The notes: generated by a model from the sequence alone, not told the origin. Shown: positions 39,800-49,674, counted from the stretch's first letter. The stretch: DNA of 64,000 nt from Candidatus Yanofskybacteria bacterium CG10_big_fil_rev_8_21_14_0_10_46_23 (GCA_002771135.1 PCXO01000005.1:38061-102060), one strand, 5' to 3'. Numbers and translations: made by a program.

Positions 39800-41350
39800 G
39801 CGCATTGCTTTTATTATTTGTCTTGCGACAGCCTTAACTACCGGGACTGTAACGGAATTGCCGATTTGTTTGTAGAGTGCCGAATCTGCAATTGCGGGTA
39901 ATTTATAATTGCTAGGGAAACCTTGAACACGTGCACACTCAAGTGGCGTTAGTTTTCTAATACCTTTTTCGTCTTTAATAATTGGCACATTGTGTCCGCC
40001 AGTCCCCATGTTGGCCGTAAGGGTGGGACAGACGCCTTTTTTATTTTCTCGAACATACTGTCGGCGCCATTGATAAACTCGCCCCTTGTCTTTTACAAAT
40101 TCTGCTAATTTCGGGAAAAGGGGCTTGTTGTTGTAGTAATATTTACTCCCAACATTTTTCTCAAGAATATCAGACATCGAAGTGGTGAGTGGCACGGGAT
40201 CGGGAAACTCAAAACAATCAGCATGTTTTTTGTTTTTAAATCCGACAATATATATCCTCTCTCTATTTTGGGGCACGTTGCCATACTCCATGCTATTGAG
40301 TACTTTTGCTTTTACATAGTAGCCGAGATTCACAAGTGTTTCCTTAATAATTTTAAAAGTCCTGCCATCGTCGTGACTTTTTAGATTCTTTACATTTTCT
40401 AGTAGAAATCCCCTCGGCTTTCTTGCCTCAATAATTCTGGCAATGTCAAAGAATAGGTTGCCACGATCTTTTTTGTCCCCAAAGCCTTCTCGGTAGCCAG
40501 CGATAGAAAAAGCCTGACAGGGGAAGCCACCCAGAAGAAAATCGAATTCTGGCAAATCATCAATGCCAATTTTTCGCACATCTTCCACAATAAGTTTTGA
40601 AGTTGGAAAATTGAGATCGTAAGTATATTTGCATTTAGGTTCAAAGTCATTTGCAAATACCGTATCAAACCCGGCGCTCTCAAAGCCGAGTCGGAGTCCG
40701 CCAATACCAGCAAACAAGTCTATTGTTTTGAATCCATTTTTTTCAATAACCGGGATTGTTTTAGGTTGTTTGTGGATTATTTTAATCAGTATCCCTCGAA
40801 TTTCTACTTCGCTCCGATAAATAGGTAAGTGGCTTTGGTTTGACGGTTGCAATCTAACGCGATCTTTTTCACGATATATTTTTTTTAGTGTAGCCTCATT
40901 GTTATCGATGATCGCTACCACAGTCTGTCCATTTTCTGCGACGGCTTGTTTTTTGATTACCACCGTGTCGCCATCGAAGATACCCTCGTCAACCATACTA
41001 TCTCCTGCAACTCGCAAAGCGTAATAGTAGGAATCTTTGTTGAGAAGACTGTTACTAACCGCCACGGTCGCATCAAAATTTTCAATTGCTTCGATAGGCT
41101 GGCCGGCAGCAATTATACCAACAATTGGAATTTCTGTTGTTTGCCGAATATTTAATCCTCTCGTAGAGTAATCATCCCTTGCGAGTAGTTTTTTTTCAAT
41201 TAAACCACCGATATGTTCATGGACAGTTGCCGGAGATTTAAGCCCAAACTTCTTTTGAATTTCATTGATTGTAGGGGATATGCCATTTTCTCGGATATAC
41301 CCTTCGATAAATGTATAAAGTTCTTGTTGTCGTTTTGTGAGAGTAGCCAT
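39791..41350 (-). CDS. LexA repressor-DNA (cytosine-5)-methyltransferase fusion
   Basis: LTKRQ/PTINEI HTH, IAAGQP cleavage site, GDSM Ser, TLKK Lys; then DLFAGIGG, GFPCQ, ENV, RER, QIGNSV. Confidence 0.9.
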   Translation of the reverse strand: MATLTKRQQELYTFIEGYIRENGISPTINEIQKKFGLKSPATVHEHIGGLIEKKLLARDDYSTRGLNIRQTTEIPIVGIIAAGQPIEAIENFDATVAVSNSLLNKDSYYYALRVAGDSMVDEGIFDGDTVVIKKQAVAENGQTVVAIIDNNEATLKKIYREKDRVRLQPSNQSHLPIYRSEVEIRGILIKIIHKQPKTIPVIEKNGFKTIDLFAGIGGLRLGFESAGFDTVFANDFEPKCKYTYDLNFPTSKLIVEDVRKIGIDDLPEFDFLLGGFPCQAFSIAGYREGFGDKKDRGNLFFDIARIIEARKPRGFLLENVKNLKSHDDGRTFKIIKETLVNLGYYVKAKVLNSMEYGNVPQNRERIYIVGFKNKKHADCFEFPDPVPLTTSMSDILEKNVGSKYYYNNKPLFPKLAEFVKDKGRVYQWRRQYVRENKKGVCPTLTANMGTGGHNVPIIKDEKGIRKLTPLECARVQGFPSNYKLPAIADSALYKQIGNSVTVPVVKAVARQIIKAMRLD

Positions 41351-41365
41351 ATATAAATATTTTAT

Positions 41366-41387
41366 CCCGAAAACTACCCGAAAACTA
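41366..41387 (-). repeat. Tandem 11-bp direct repeat, candidate LexA operator
   Basis: CCCGAAAACTA x2, 15 nt upstream of the lexA-dcm ATG. Confidence 0.6.
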
Positions 41388-41459
41388 CAGCGAGTTGTCC
41401 ACACTCTATTCGACATCTTGTCTTTATTTAGTTAAAAAACAGGAGTAGTGTGGGCATAG

Positions 41460-41669
41460 AATACCTCGACATTCGATCTTAAAACTAGTAATAAAACTAA
41501 CGAGAGCGCTAGAGATTTTGCGGATTTGAGTACCGCTGATCAAAAGAAATTTCTGATTGAGTATTTGGATAAAAATCAGCTTTATGCAAATTTAAGCAAG
41601 ATTGAGGGTAGGGGATATCTGGTGAGCAAAGAGGGTATTAAATTAAACAAAGAATTCTATGAAGATTAA
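41460..41669 (+). pseudogene. C-terminal remnant of a Type III RM Mod subunit
   Basis: Start-less frame: DFADLSTADQKKFLIEYLDKNQLYANLSKIE...LNKEFYED*. Confidence 0.6.
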
Positions 41670-41671
41670 TT

Positions 41672-42556
41672 ATGTGGGATAAAGTCGCAACTTTTTTAAG
41701 TTTTTCTGGTATTGAGGATAAAACGGTATGGCAAGATGTTATCCTTAGTTCTTTTTTGATACCACTAGTAATTTTTTTAGGGGTAAAACTTTCGAAATGG
41801 TGTAATAGTATTAGACCGTCAAGGTTAATTTTTAAAGATTATTTATCTAAAAATTCTTTTATTTATATATTTCATTCTCAGATGTCTGGCGCAGATGACG
41901 ATTGGAACTTTAATAAAAACCAAAAGTATATTGCGAGATATCCCGACCCAACTCCTACAGATTATGCTCATCTTGGGATCCAGAAAAAGCTAAATATTGA
42001 TCCGGTATCATCAGGGGCTGATAGTGAATGTGTTGCGGACATTTTTAATATTTTGGGGTTAATTCAAAAAACAAAAAATATTATTATTGGAGATCTGATA
42101 AATGATTGGAGCATTTGGTCAAAACCAATATTTTCAGTAGGTTTTAATCCAAAAACTAATAAACTTATCGAAAAATGCGACCCGATTTTTTTTGAATTAA
42201 GCGGAACTTCCTTAAAAGTAAAGAATACGAATATTAGTTATGGGTCTAATTTACCAGATGACGCCGGAGTAATACAAAAAACGATTGATAAAGATTCGGG
42301 GAACCCAGTTTTTATATTAGCGGGTATAGGTACTCTCGGAACAAGCGAGGCTGGCTTTATCTTGAAGAACAATTTTATTAAACTTGGGAAGCTTTTTGGG
42401 AATGATCCATTTTGCGTATTTTTAACAGTAAAAACTAATGAAGGCAAAAATTCAGCTTTAATAAGAAAAATTGTTCCCAGTCCCAAATGGTATCGAATTT
42501 TTATGTTTCCAATATTATATTTCAACTTTAAAAATAAAGATTTTTTTAAATACTGA
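41672..42556 (+). CDS. Hypothetical membrane-anchored protein in RM island
   Basis: N-terminal TM; AT-rich; VFILAGIGTLGT motif. Confidence 0.65.
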   Translation: MWDKVATFLSFSGIEDKTVWQDVILSSFLIPLVIFLGVKLSKWCNSIRPSRLIFKDYLSKNSFIYIFHSQMSGADDDWNFNKNQKYIARYPDPTPTDYAHLGIQKKLNIDPVSSGADSECVADIFNILGLIQKTKNIIIGDLINDWSIWSKPIFSVGFNPKTNKLIEKCDPIFFELSGTSLKVKNTNISYGSNLPDDAGVIQKTIDKDSGNPVFILAGIGTLGTSEAGFILKNNFIKLGKLFGNDPFCVFLTVKTNEGKNSALIRKIVPSPKWYRIFMFPILYFNFKNKDFFKY

Positions 42557-42558
42557 TT

Positions 42559-42897
42559 ATGCTATACGACGAATTCAATTCATACAAAAACTTTGTCGGC
42601 GCTGATGTTTTCAAAAACAAGGCCACAGAAAAAACGGATATTTTGAAAAATCTTAATCCGGCTTTTCCGGTGCGCGAATATCAGAAAGAAGCGCTGGGAC
42701 GATTTTATTATTATGTTGAAGAATACCACCAGAAACAAAAGCCGATTCATTTGATGTTTAATATGGCGACCGGTTCGGGCAAGACGCTCATAATGGTCGC
42801 CAATCTTTTGTATTTTTATCAAAAGGGATACCGTAATTTCATTTTTTTACTCGCCTTGGCAACATTATCCAAAATAGAGGGGGGCGGGCAAATTTAG
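42559..42897 (+). pseudogene. Truncated Type III RM Res (helicase) subunit
   Basis: VREYQKEA, FNMATGSGKT, KGYRNF, then an abrupt end at 112 aa. Confidence 0.8.
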
Positions 42898-42918
42898 AAC
42901 ATCGAGTAAAATAAACAT

Positions 42919-43203
42919 ATGCTCAAAGAATACATAAAATACTTAAAAGACAATCCGCGGGGGTATTGGTTCAAAGCTCGGCTCTACGGTTGGGGCTGGG
43001 TTCCTGCCCGATGGCAGGGCTGGCTTGTGGTGGCTATTGGCCTAGCCATTTTCATTCTCGGGATTTACGTCGGGGAGGCTGATGACGCGCCCGGGGCGGC
43101 CCTCTTGGGCTTTCTGCTGATGCTTGCCCTGATATCCACCTTCGGTTATTGGAAGGGCGAAAAGCCTCGTTGGCAATGGGGACCGCCAAAGGAAAGAAAA
43201 TAG
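42919..43203 (+). CDS. Small membrane protein
   Basis: YWFKARLYGWGWVPARWQGW; two TM; KGEKPRWQWG. Confidence 0.7.
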   Translation: MLKEYIKYLKDNPRGYWFKARLYGWGWVPARWQGWLVVAIGLAIFILGIYVGEADDAPGAALLGFLLMLALISTFGYWKGEKPRWQWGPPKERK

Positions 43204-43225
43204 TTTATACTGTAAAACATAATAT

Positions 43226-44284
43226 ATGCGGACAAAAAACATTCTTGTTATCGTAATCAGTAGCACCATTATCGTCGTGGCATTATTGTTTGGTTTTCGG
43301 TCCTTGGCCCCTAATGGTGATCAACCCAGCCCGGTGAACTTTACCCAAGAGGGAAACGTGGTAAGAGATAACCCGGGGTTTAAACCCGGAGTCTGGTACT
43401 TGGTCTACGAACAGTCGGGATCATCGGCCCTAACCAAGGAATTAGACTTGGCTGATATTGCCCCTCTCCCTTTACAAAACGGGGAGCAGGTGCACGTAGA
43501 AGGGCGTGAGCGCGCCGGCGTGGTAAAGGTAACAAGTCTGCAAATTCTTAACGGATATTATGACGACCTGATTTGGGTTGAGGCGCCCTTGCCGGATCAA
43601 ATCGTGGCCAGCCCACTTCTTATCACGGGGCAGGCGCGCGGGAACTGGTATTTTGAGGCCTCCTTTCCGGTAACATTACTGGACGCGAATGGTAAAGTCT
43701 TGGTCCAAAAGCCCGCTCAAGCACAGGGTGACTGGATGACGGCTGAATATGTGCCATTTTCGATCACACTTGATTTTATTAACCCGGCCACCGATACCGG
43801 CACGCTGATATTACATAATGATAATCCATCGGGATTGCCTGAAAACGATAAAGAATTGCGCCTCCCGGTTCGCTTTACCGTTGCAAGTCAAACGGTCAGC
43901 CTTTATTACTATAACGCCGAAAACGACAAGGACGCTTCGGGCAATATATTGTGTTCAAGCCAAGGGTTGGTACCGGCGCAAAGGCAGATTCCCGTTTCGC
44001 AAACCCCGATACAAGATACGATAAATCTATTATTACAGGGGCAATTAACCGCTACGGAAAGATCCGCGGGGGTTACCACGGAATATCCTCTGTCTGGATT
44101 TACATTACAGGGAGCAAATCTCCGAAACGGAGATTTGACTTTGGATTTTTCTGATCCCGAGAATAAAACCGGCGGGGGATCGTGCCGGGTAGGAATTTTA
44201 TGGAAACAGATTGAAGCCACCGCCCAGCAATTCCCGGGAGTCAATCAAGTTAAGTTTATTCCGGAATTCCTTTTCCAACCCTAA
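43226..44284 (+). CDS. Gmad2 Ig-like plus GerMN domain protein
   Basis: GQARGNWYFEASFP, DNPSGLPE; GGSCRV...QIEATAQQF. Confidence 0.85.
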   Translation: MRTKNILVIVISSTIIVVALLFGFRSLAPNGDQPSPVNFTQEGNVVRDNPGFKPGVWYLVYEQSGSSALTKELDLADIAPLPLQNGEQVHVEGRERAGVVKVTSLQILNGYYDDLIWVEAPLPDQIVASPLLITGQARGNWYFEASFPVTLLDANGKVLVQKPAQAQGDWMTAEYVPFSITLDFINPATDTGTLILHNDNPSGLPENDKELRLPVRFTVASQTVSLYYYNAENDKDASGNILCSSQGLVPAQRQIPVSQTPIQDTINLLLQGQLTATERSAGVTTEYPLSGFTLQGANLRNGDLTLDFSDPENKTGGGSCRVGILWKQIEATAQQFPGVNQVKFIPEFLFQP

Positions 44285-44303
44285 ATTTACGCTAAGCAAG
44301 CTC

Positions 44304-45362
44304 ATGGTAAGTGAACCCAAACAACCATCTTTAGGAAAGGTCTTCGTCGCGCTGTCGGGTGGAGTTGACTCGGCCGTCAGCGCCGGACTTTTAAAGCAGG
44401 CTGGCTACGAGGTCACCGGGATTTATTTTAAGCCTTGGCAACCCGAGCACAATCTCGCCCATTGTCGCTGGCAAGAAGATCGTCGTGACGCCCTGCGTGT
44501 CGCCGTTAAGTTGGGGATTCGATTTGAAACTTGGGATTTCTCCGCGGATTACCATGACCGCGTGGTTAACTATATGATCTCGGCCTATAAAAAGGGGCAG
44601 ACGCCCAACCCGGACATAATCTGCAATGATGAGATAAAATTTGGTTTGTTTCTGGAAAAATCTCGCCAAGCCGGAGCTGATTTTATCGCGACCGGCCATT
44701 ACGCCCAGATAAAAAAATCCCCTTCGGGTAAATTCCAACTTCTCATGGGCGCCGATCCCGAGAAAGACCAGTCTTATTTTCTATACAAATTAACCCAAGC
44801 CGAGTTGGCAATGACTCTTTTCCCCGTCGGTCACTTGAAAAAAACGGCCGTCCGGAAACTGGCGGAGAAGCTGAAGCTTCCCGTGGCAACCAAAAAGGAC
44901 AGCCAAGGCGTTTGTTTTGTCGGTGATTTGAGCATGCGCGAATTTTTAAAAGAATATATCCAACCCCGGCCCGGCGATATTAAGAATACTCAAGGCGAAG
45001 TCATTGGTCGGCACGAGGGGATTGCTTTTTACACAATTGGCCAGAGACACGGCTTTACCACCAAAAATAACCGCCCCTATTATGTTGTCGGAAAGAAGGC
45101 TACCGAAAATGTTTTGATCGTCGGGTTGAGTCCCGTTATTCAAAAGGAGATAAAAATTCGGGATTTAACTCTGATTGATCCGGAGGAAAAAATTTCCGAG
45201 CTTGTTAAAACCCGCTCCCGCTATCGCCAAAAGCTAGTCGCGAGCCGGCTAAAAAACGATCAGGTTATCTTTTTGGAGAACCAAGAATCCCCCTCGCCGG
45301 GGCAATCAATTGTTTTCTATCAAGAGAATCGAGTTTTGGGCGGAGCCATTATTAACGACTGA
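44304..45362 (+). CDS. mnmA: tRNA 2-thiouridylase MnmA
   Basis: SGGVDS, TPNPDIICN, ATGHYA, KDQSYFL, DSQGVCF, PGQS. Confidence 0.95.
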   Translation: MVSEPKQPSLGKVFVALSGGVDSAVSAGLLKQAGYEVTGIYFKPWQPEHNLAHCRWQEDRRDALRVAVKLGIRFETWDFSADYHDRVVNYMISAYKKGQTPNPDIICNDEIKFGLFLEKSRQAGADFIATGHYAQIKKSPSGKFQLLMGADPEKDQSYFLYKLTQAELAMTLFPVGHLKKTAVRKLAEKLKLPVATKKDSQGVCFVGDLSMREFLKEYIQPRPGDIKNTQGEVIGRHEGIAFYTIGQRHGFTTKNNRPYYVVGKKATENVLIVGLSPVIQKEIKIRDLTLIDPEEKISELVKTRSRYRQKLVASRLKNDQVIFLENQESPSPGQSIVFYQENRVLGGAIIND

Positions 45363-46875
45363 GCAGAGGCAGGAGACTTTGACCGGTCATCGTTTTGGGC
45401 TTGGGAATCCCCAAAAGTTCCAAGATTGTCGGCGCAATGTCCGATAAAATCCCGCTTATTTGTTCGGGCTGACCTTTTTTGTACTTTAGAGTTTCCGTGG
45501 CCAGAATGAAGGGGACGGGATTGTCACTGTGGCGGGTTTCCCGTTCACCCGAATTGTAGGTCATGACCTCAACGTTGCCGTGGTCGGCGGTGATAATCAG
45601 CGTCCCCTGCGTTTCCAAAATAATTTGGTGGAGTTGCTGAATTGATTTGTCGACAAATTCCACCCCGGCCACAGTCGCCTTAAAATTACCCGTGTGGGCC
45701 AAAAGATCGGCATTGGCATAATTAGCCACAAAAAAATCAAAGTGGTTTCGGCCGATCTCTCGGACAAGATGCTGGGTAATCTCGGAAGCCCCCATTTCCG
45801 GCCGGGCCTCGATATCGCTTGTCGAGTTAATGAAAATATCGGTCTCGCCATCAAGGGGCTGATCCTTCAGGCCGTTGAAAAAATAGGTAACGTGGGCGTA
45901 TTTTTCACTTTCGGCGATGTGATATTGATTTTTGTTACTATCGGCCAAAATCTGGGCTAGCGTATCCGGAACATCCGGGGGTAAAAACAGAGGATCGATC
46001 TGATTGTTTTCAAAATACCGCGTCATCGTGACAATCATTAGCCCGGCCGGCAACCGTCGCGAGAAAAAGTTGAAATCCGGGTCAATAAAAGCGTGAGCAA
46101 TTTGACGCATGCTATCCTCTCGAAAGTTGAAAAATAATAAGCCATCGCCGGACTTAACCTGACCATCGGCGACTAGACTATTGGTCAGAGGCGGGATGTC
46201 CGCGTCAGTGACCCCTTGGGCGTGAAACTCGGCTATTGTTTTTTGAAAGTCGTCCGTCTTCTGGCCGATGCCCAGCGTCATCAACTCAAGGGCTATTTTT
46301 GTTTTATGCCAGTCCCGGTTCCGATCCATCGCGGTATTGCGACCAACGATCGAACTGATTTTAACCTGTGGCCGGTCCTTTAACTGAAGGGTCAACTTTT
46401 CCAAAAGAAGTCGGGATTCTTTCAAGCCGGAATCCTTGCCATCGGTAAAAAGGTGGAGAAAAACTTCATTATCCAAAGAAAGAACGTCTATCAAATATAA
46501 AAGATGCCTGAATGAGGCGTGAACTTTTCCGGAGGTCAACAGTCCCGCCAAATGGATCCGCTTATTATGGAGTTTAATTTTTTTTATTTGGGGATAATTT
46601 TTGAGCTCCCCCGAATCAATGGCCAAGTCAATTTGGGTGTCATACGGGGGGATGATTCGACCCGAACCAATTGAGAAGTGGCCCACTTCCGAATTGCCCG
46701 CCTCCCCCCAATTTAGGCCGACGGCCGGACCGGAAGCCTGAAGAAGCGTTTGGGGATAGTGAGTCTTTAAAAAATTCAGATATTTCAAGTCAGCAACTTG
46801 AAGGGGATTGCCGTTGATTTGTTTGGAATGCCCCCAGCCATCAAGGATGACCAGAAGGAGAGGCCCTTTATTCAT
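45352..46875 (-). CDS. gpmI: 2,3-bisphosphoglycerate-independent phosphoglycerate mutase
   Basis: ILDGWG, GNSEVGH, AESEKYAHVTYFFNG, TADHGN. Confidence 0.95.
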   Translation of the reverse strand: MNKGPLLLVILDGWGHSKQINGNPLQVADLKYLNFLKTHYPQTLLQASGPAVGLNWGEAGNSEVGHFSIGSGRIIPPYDTQIDLAIDSGELKNYPQIKKIKLHNKRIHLAGLLTSGKVHASFRHLLYLIDVLSLDNEVFLHLFTDGKDSGLKESRLLLEKLTLQLKDRPQVKISSIVGRNTAMDRNRDWHKTKIALELMTLGIGQKTDDFQKTIAEFHAQGVTDADIPPLTNSLVADGQVKSGDGLLFFNFREDSMRQIAHAFIDPDFNFFSRRLPAGLMIVTMTRYFENNQIDPLFLPPDVPDTLAQILADSNKNQYHIAESEKYAHVTYFFNGLKDQPLDGETDIFINSTSDIEARPEMGASEITQHLVREIGRNHFDFFVANYANADLLAHTGNFKATVAGVEFVDKSIQQLHQIILETQGTLIITADHGNVEVMTYNSGERETRHSDNPVPFILATETLKYKKGQPEQISGILSDIAPTILELLGIPKPKTMTGQSLLPLLSR

Positions 46876-46923
46876 ATCATTTTCATTATAAGGGATAGTC
46901 TGAAATGAACCTAATAGTCTACT

Positions 46924-46952
46924 TTGACACCCCCACCCGGACCTGTTAGGAT
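46924..46952 (+). promoter_or_regulatory. Promoter for rny
   Basis: TTGACA-17 nt-TAGGAT with TG extension. Confidence 0.6.
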
Positions 46953-47058
46953 TAAATCGTTAAATAAATTAAATCTTAAAGCATCCGTCATGTAGCTAAT
47001 CGGTTTGGATTACACATGCTGGAGAAAGTTCTTATACTGATGGTGCTTTACAAAAACT

Positions 47059-48594
47059 ATGTTTTTTGGATCAATTCATCCACTTTTTGTGGCTATTTTT
47101 GGCGTGGCGATCGGAGTTGCTCTGGGTTATATAATCCGGAGATTTCTAGCCGATCATCGAATAAAATCAGCGGAAACTAAAGCTCAGACCATCTTAGGTG
47201 AGTCAAAATCGAAAGCCCAAGACATCCTCTTAGAGGCAAAAAATAAGGCGCTGAGAATTCTTGATGATGCCAAAAAAGAAGGGAAAGAGCGTCAAACTCA
47301 ATTAATCCGAATTGAGCGTCTCCTGACTAAAAAAGAAGTCGAGCTGGAAGAAAAAGGCAAAATAATTACCCGCGATCAAAAAAGTATTGAAGAGAAGGAG
47401 GGAGCCGTTACGAAAACCCGAGAAGAATTAGAGGATCTCAGAGTTCAACATACTCAAAAATTAGAGGCGTTATCCAAAATATCTCGAGAAGATGCTCGCG
47501 TTCAACTATTCCAAAAAATAGAGGACGAGAACCGCGAAGAGATTCAAGAACGGATAAAAAAACTTGAGCGGGACAAGCGGGATGAGCTTGAGCAAAGAGC
47601 CAAAGATATCCTCACGGTGATTATCCAACGCTACGCCGGCTCTCACGTAACCGACGTTTCCACGACGGTGGTTTCTTTGCCCTCGGATGAAATTAAGGGG
47701 AAAATTATCGGCAAGGAGGGGCGGAACATCAAGACGATTGAGCGCCTAACCGGAGTTGATGTTATTATCGACGATACTCCGGAAACTTTAATTTTATCCG
47801 GCTTTGATCCGGTTCGGCGTCAGATTGCCCGATTGGCCTTAGAAAAATTAATAAGTGACGGGCGAATCCACCCGGCTAAAATTGAAGAGATGGTTTCCAA
47901 GGCTACGGACGAGATTGATAAAAAAATAAAGGAAGCCGGGGAGGCCAGTTTATATGAGCTGGGCATCGGCCCCGTTGATGAAAAGCTGGTCTATCTTTTG
48001 GGTCGCTTGGCCTTTCGAACCAGTTTCGGCCAAAATGTCTTACTCCACTCGATTGAAGTGGGTCACATCTCCGGAATGTTGGCGCAGGAACTCGGAGCCG
48101 ATCCTGTTATCGCCAAAAAGGCGGGCCTCTTTCACGATATCGGCAAAGCGGTCGACCATGAAGTTCAGGGCAGTCATGTTCAAATTGGCCGAAAAATACT
48201 GGAAAAGTTTGGGGTTGATCAGGAAGTTATCCGCGCCATGGAGGCCCACCATGAAGAATACCCCTATACCAGCCTAGAATCCCGAATTGTTCAAACCGCA
48301 GATGCGATCTCCGGAGCTCGTCCGGGCGCTCGGCGGGACACGGTTGAGATTTACCTCAGGCGCCTCGAGGATCTCGAGCGAATCGCCAATTCTTTCGGGG
48401 GCGTAGAGAAAACCTACGCCGTTCAAGCGGGTCGAGAGCTTCGAGTTTTCGTTTCCCCCAGTGAAATGGACGATTTAACCGCCATGAAATTAGCCAAGGA
48501 TATTGCCAAAAAAATTGAAGAAGAGGTTCGATATCCGGGAGAAATAAAGGTAAACGTTATCCGAGAAACTCGAGCAATTGAGTACGCTCGATAA
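47059..48594 (+). CDS. rny: Ribonuclease Y
   Basis: TM, coiled coil, KH (KGKIIGKEGRNI), HD (HDIGK), ADAISGARPGAR. Confidence 0.96.
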   Translation: MFFGSIHPLFVAIFGVAIGVALGYIIRRFLADHRIKSAETKAQTILGESKSKAQDILLEAKNKALRILDDAKKEGKERQTQLIRIERLLTKKEVELEEKGKIITRDQKSIEEKEGAVTKTREELEDLRVQHTQKLEALSKISREDARVQLFQKIEDENREEIQERIKKLERDKRDELEQRAKDILTVIIQRYAGSHVTDVSTTVVSLPSDEIKGKIIGKEGRNIKTIERLTGVDVIIDDTPETLILSGFDPVRRQIARLALEKLISDGRIHPAKIEEMVSKATDEIDKKIKEAGEASLYELGIGPVDEKLVYLLGRLAFRTSFGQNVLLHSIEVGHISGMLAQELGADPVIAKKAGLFHDIGKAVDHEVQGSHVQIGRKILEKFGVDQEVIRAMEAHHEEYPYTSLESRIVQTADAISGARPGARRDTVEIYLRRLEDLERIANSFGGVEKTYAVQAGRELRVFVSPSEMDDLTAMKLAKDIAKKIEEEVRYPGEIKVNVIRETRAIEYAR

Positions 48595-48730
48595 TCTGTT
48601 TAAAAGTCGAAAAGTTGCAGTTATCTACAGATAGTGCTAGAAATACAGTATAATTACACAATAAAAGTAATTTAACGTTATCTTCTCTCGCCGAGGTCAA
48701 AACCAAGATGAGGAAGGTAGGTACGTATTT

Positions 48731-49015
48731 ATGGACAAGACAGTTACAAAAGCAAAATTTGTTCAGAGACTGGCTGATAAGATGAACGCCAGCAAGAAAG
48801 ACGCTCAGGATTGGCTCGATGTTATTTTTGATGAGATTGTTGCCGTTATGAAAGAAGGCGACAAGGTCAACATCACCGGCTTTGGAATTTTCCGAATTTA
48901 TGATCGAAAAGCCCGCATGGGTCGAAACCCTGCGACCGGTGAACCTGTTCAGATTGCCGCCAAGCGAATGCCTAAATTCCGACCGGGCAAAGTTTTGAAA
49001 GAAGCGATCGAGTAA
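48731..49015 (+). CDS. hup: HU family DNA-binding protein
   Basis: GFGIF, ARMGRNPATG, PKFRPGK. Confidence 0.94.
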   Translation: MDKTVTKAKFVQRLADKMNASKKDAQDWLDVIFDEIVAVMKEGDKVNITGFGIFRIYDRKARMGRNPATGEPVQIAAKRMPKFRPGKVLKEAIE

Positions 49016-49036
49016 AGACTCACAGCGGTTAGATAG

Positions 49037-49073
49037 ATCAAAAAACCTCCGTATCAAACGGAGGTTTTTTGAT
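49037..49073. terminator. Bidirectional terminator after hup
   Basis: ATCAAAAAACCTCCGT-atcaa-ACGGAGGTTTTTTGAT. Confidence 0.8.
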
Positions 49074-49125
49074 TAGAATAAATAAAATCCCCACTCAATC
49101 AGTGGGGTGGACGGACTTAAAAAAA

Positions 49126-49674
49126 TTATCTTTGCTTCGGCCAGTAGCCGTGAGCTAGTTTTGATTTCAAAATTTCTTTTTCTGATAGAACCTTCTCACC
49201 TGGCTCAAAGATAAGTTTTTTTACTTTAGATTTCTTAAGTCTCGATTTTCTACAAACTAATCGAGACATCCAAGAACTATCACGATCAAGTTCTCGAATA
49301 TAATGCTTTAAATCCCCGATATTTAGACCTCGAGTTGTCCCGGTTGTTATCGGGTGAAACAACATTCTTGCTCCTGGCGATATCCAACGCCTCTGGCCAG
49401 AAAGGAAGATGATAACCCCGCAAGATTCAGCCGAACCGGTTATCACGGTCTGAATGGGAGATTTTATAACTGTTGTTAAAGTTTCAAAAATCGCCCTGCT
49501 TGAGCGAACTATCCCGCCATTGAGATCAATCAAAATTGTTATTGGATCATTATTCTCCTGATCGAGTTGACGCGCTTTTTCAAGGAACTCGCCCGCCGTT
49601 TCGAAATTAATCTCACCAAAATAAGAAATAATTCGCCTCGGAACGCAAGGAAATGCACTTAACTTCTTACTCAA
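49126..49674 (-). CDS. Divergent ClpP-like protease subunit (orphan cassette)
   Basis: FGEIN, NGG, GSAESCG, R.ISPGARMLFHP; TTG start with AAGGAG. Confidence 0.7.
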   Translation of the reverse strand: MSKKLSAFPCVPRRIISYFGEINFETAGEFLEKARQLDQENNDPITILIDLNGGIVRSSRAIFETLTTVIKSPIQTVITGSAESCGVIIFLSGQRRWISPGARMLFHPITTGTTRGLNIGDLKHYIRELDRDSSWMSRLVCRKSRLKKSKVKKLIFEPGEKVLSEKEILKSKLAHGYWPKQR

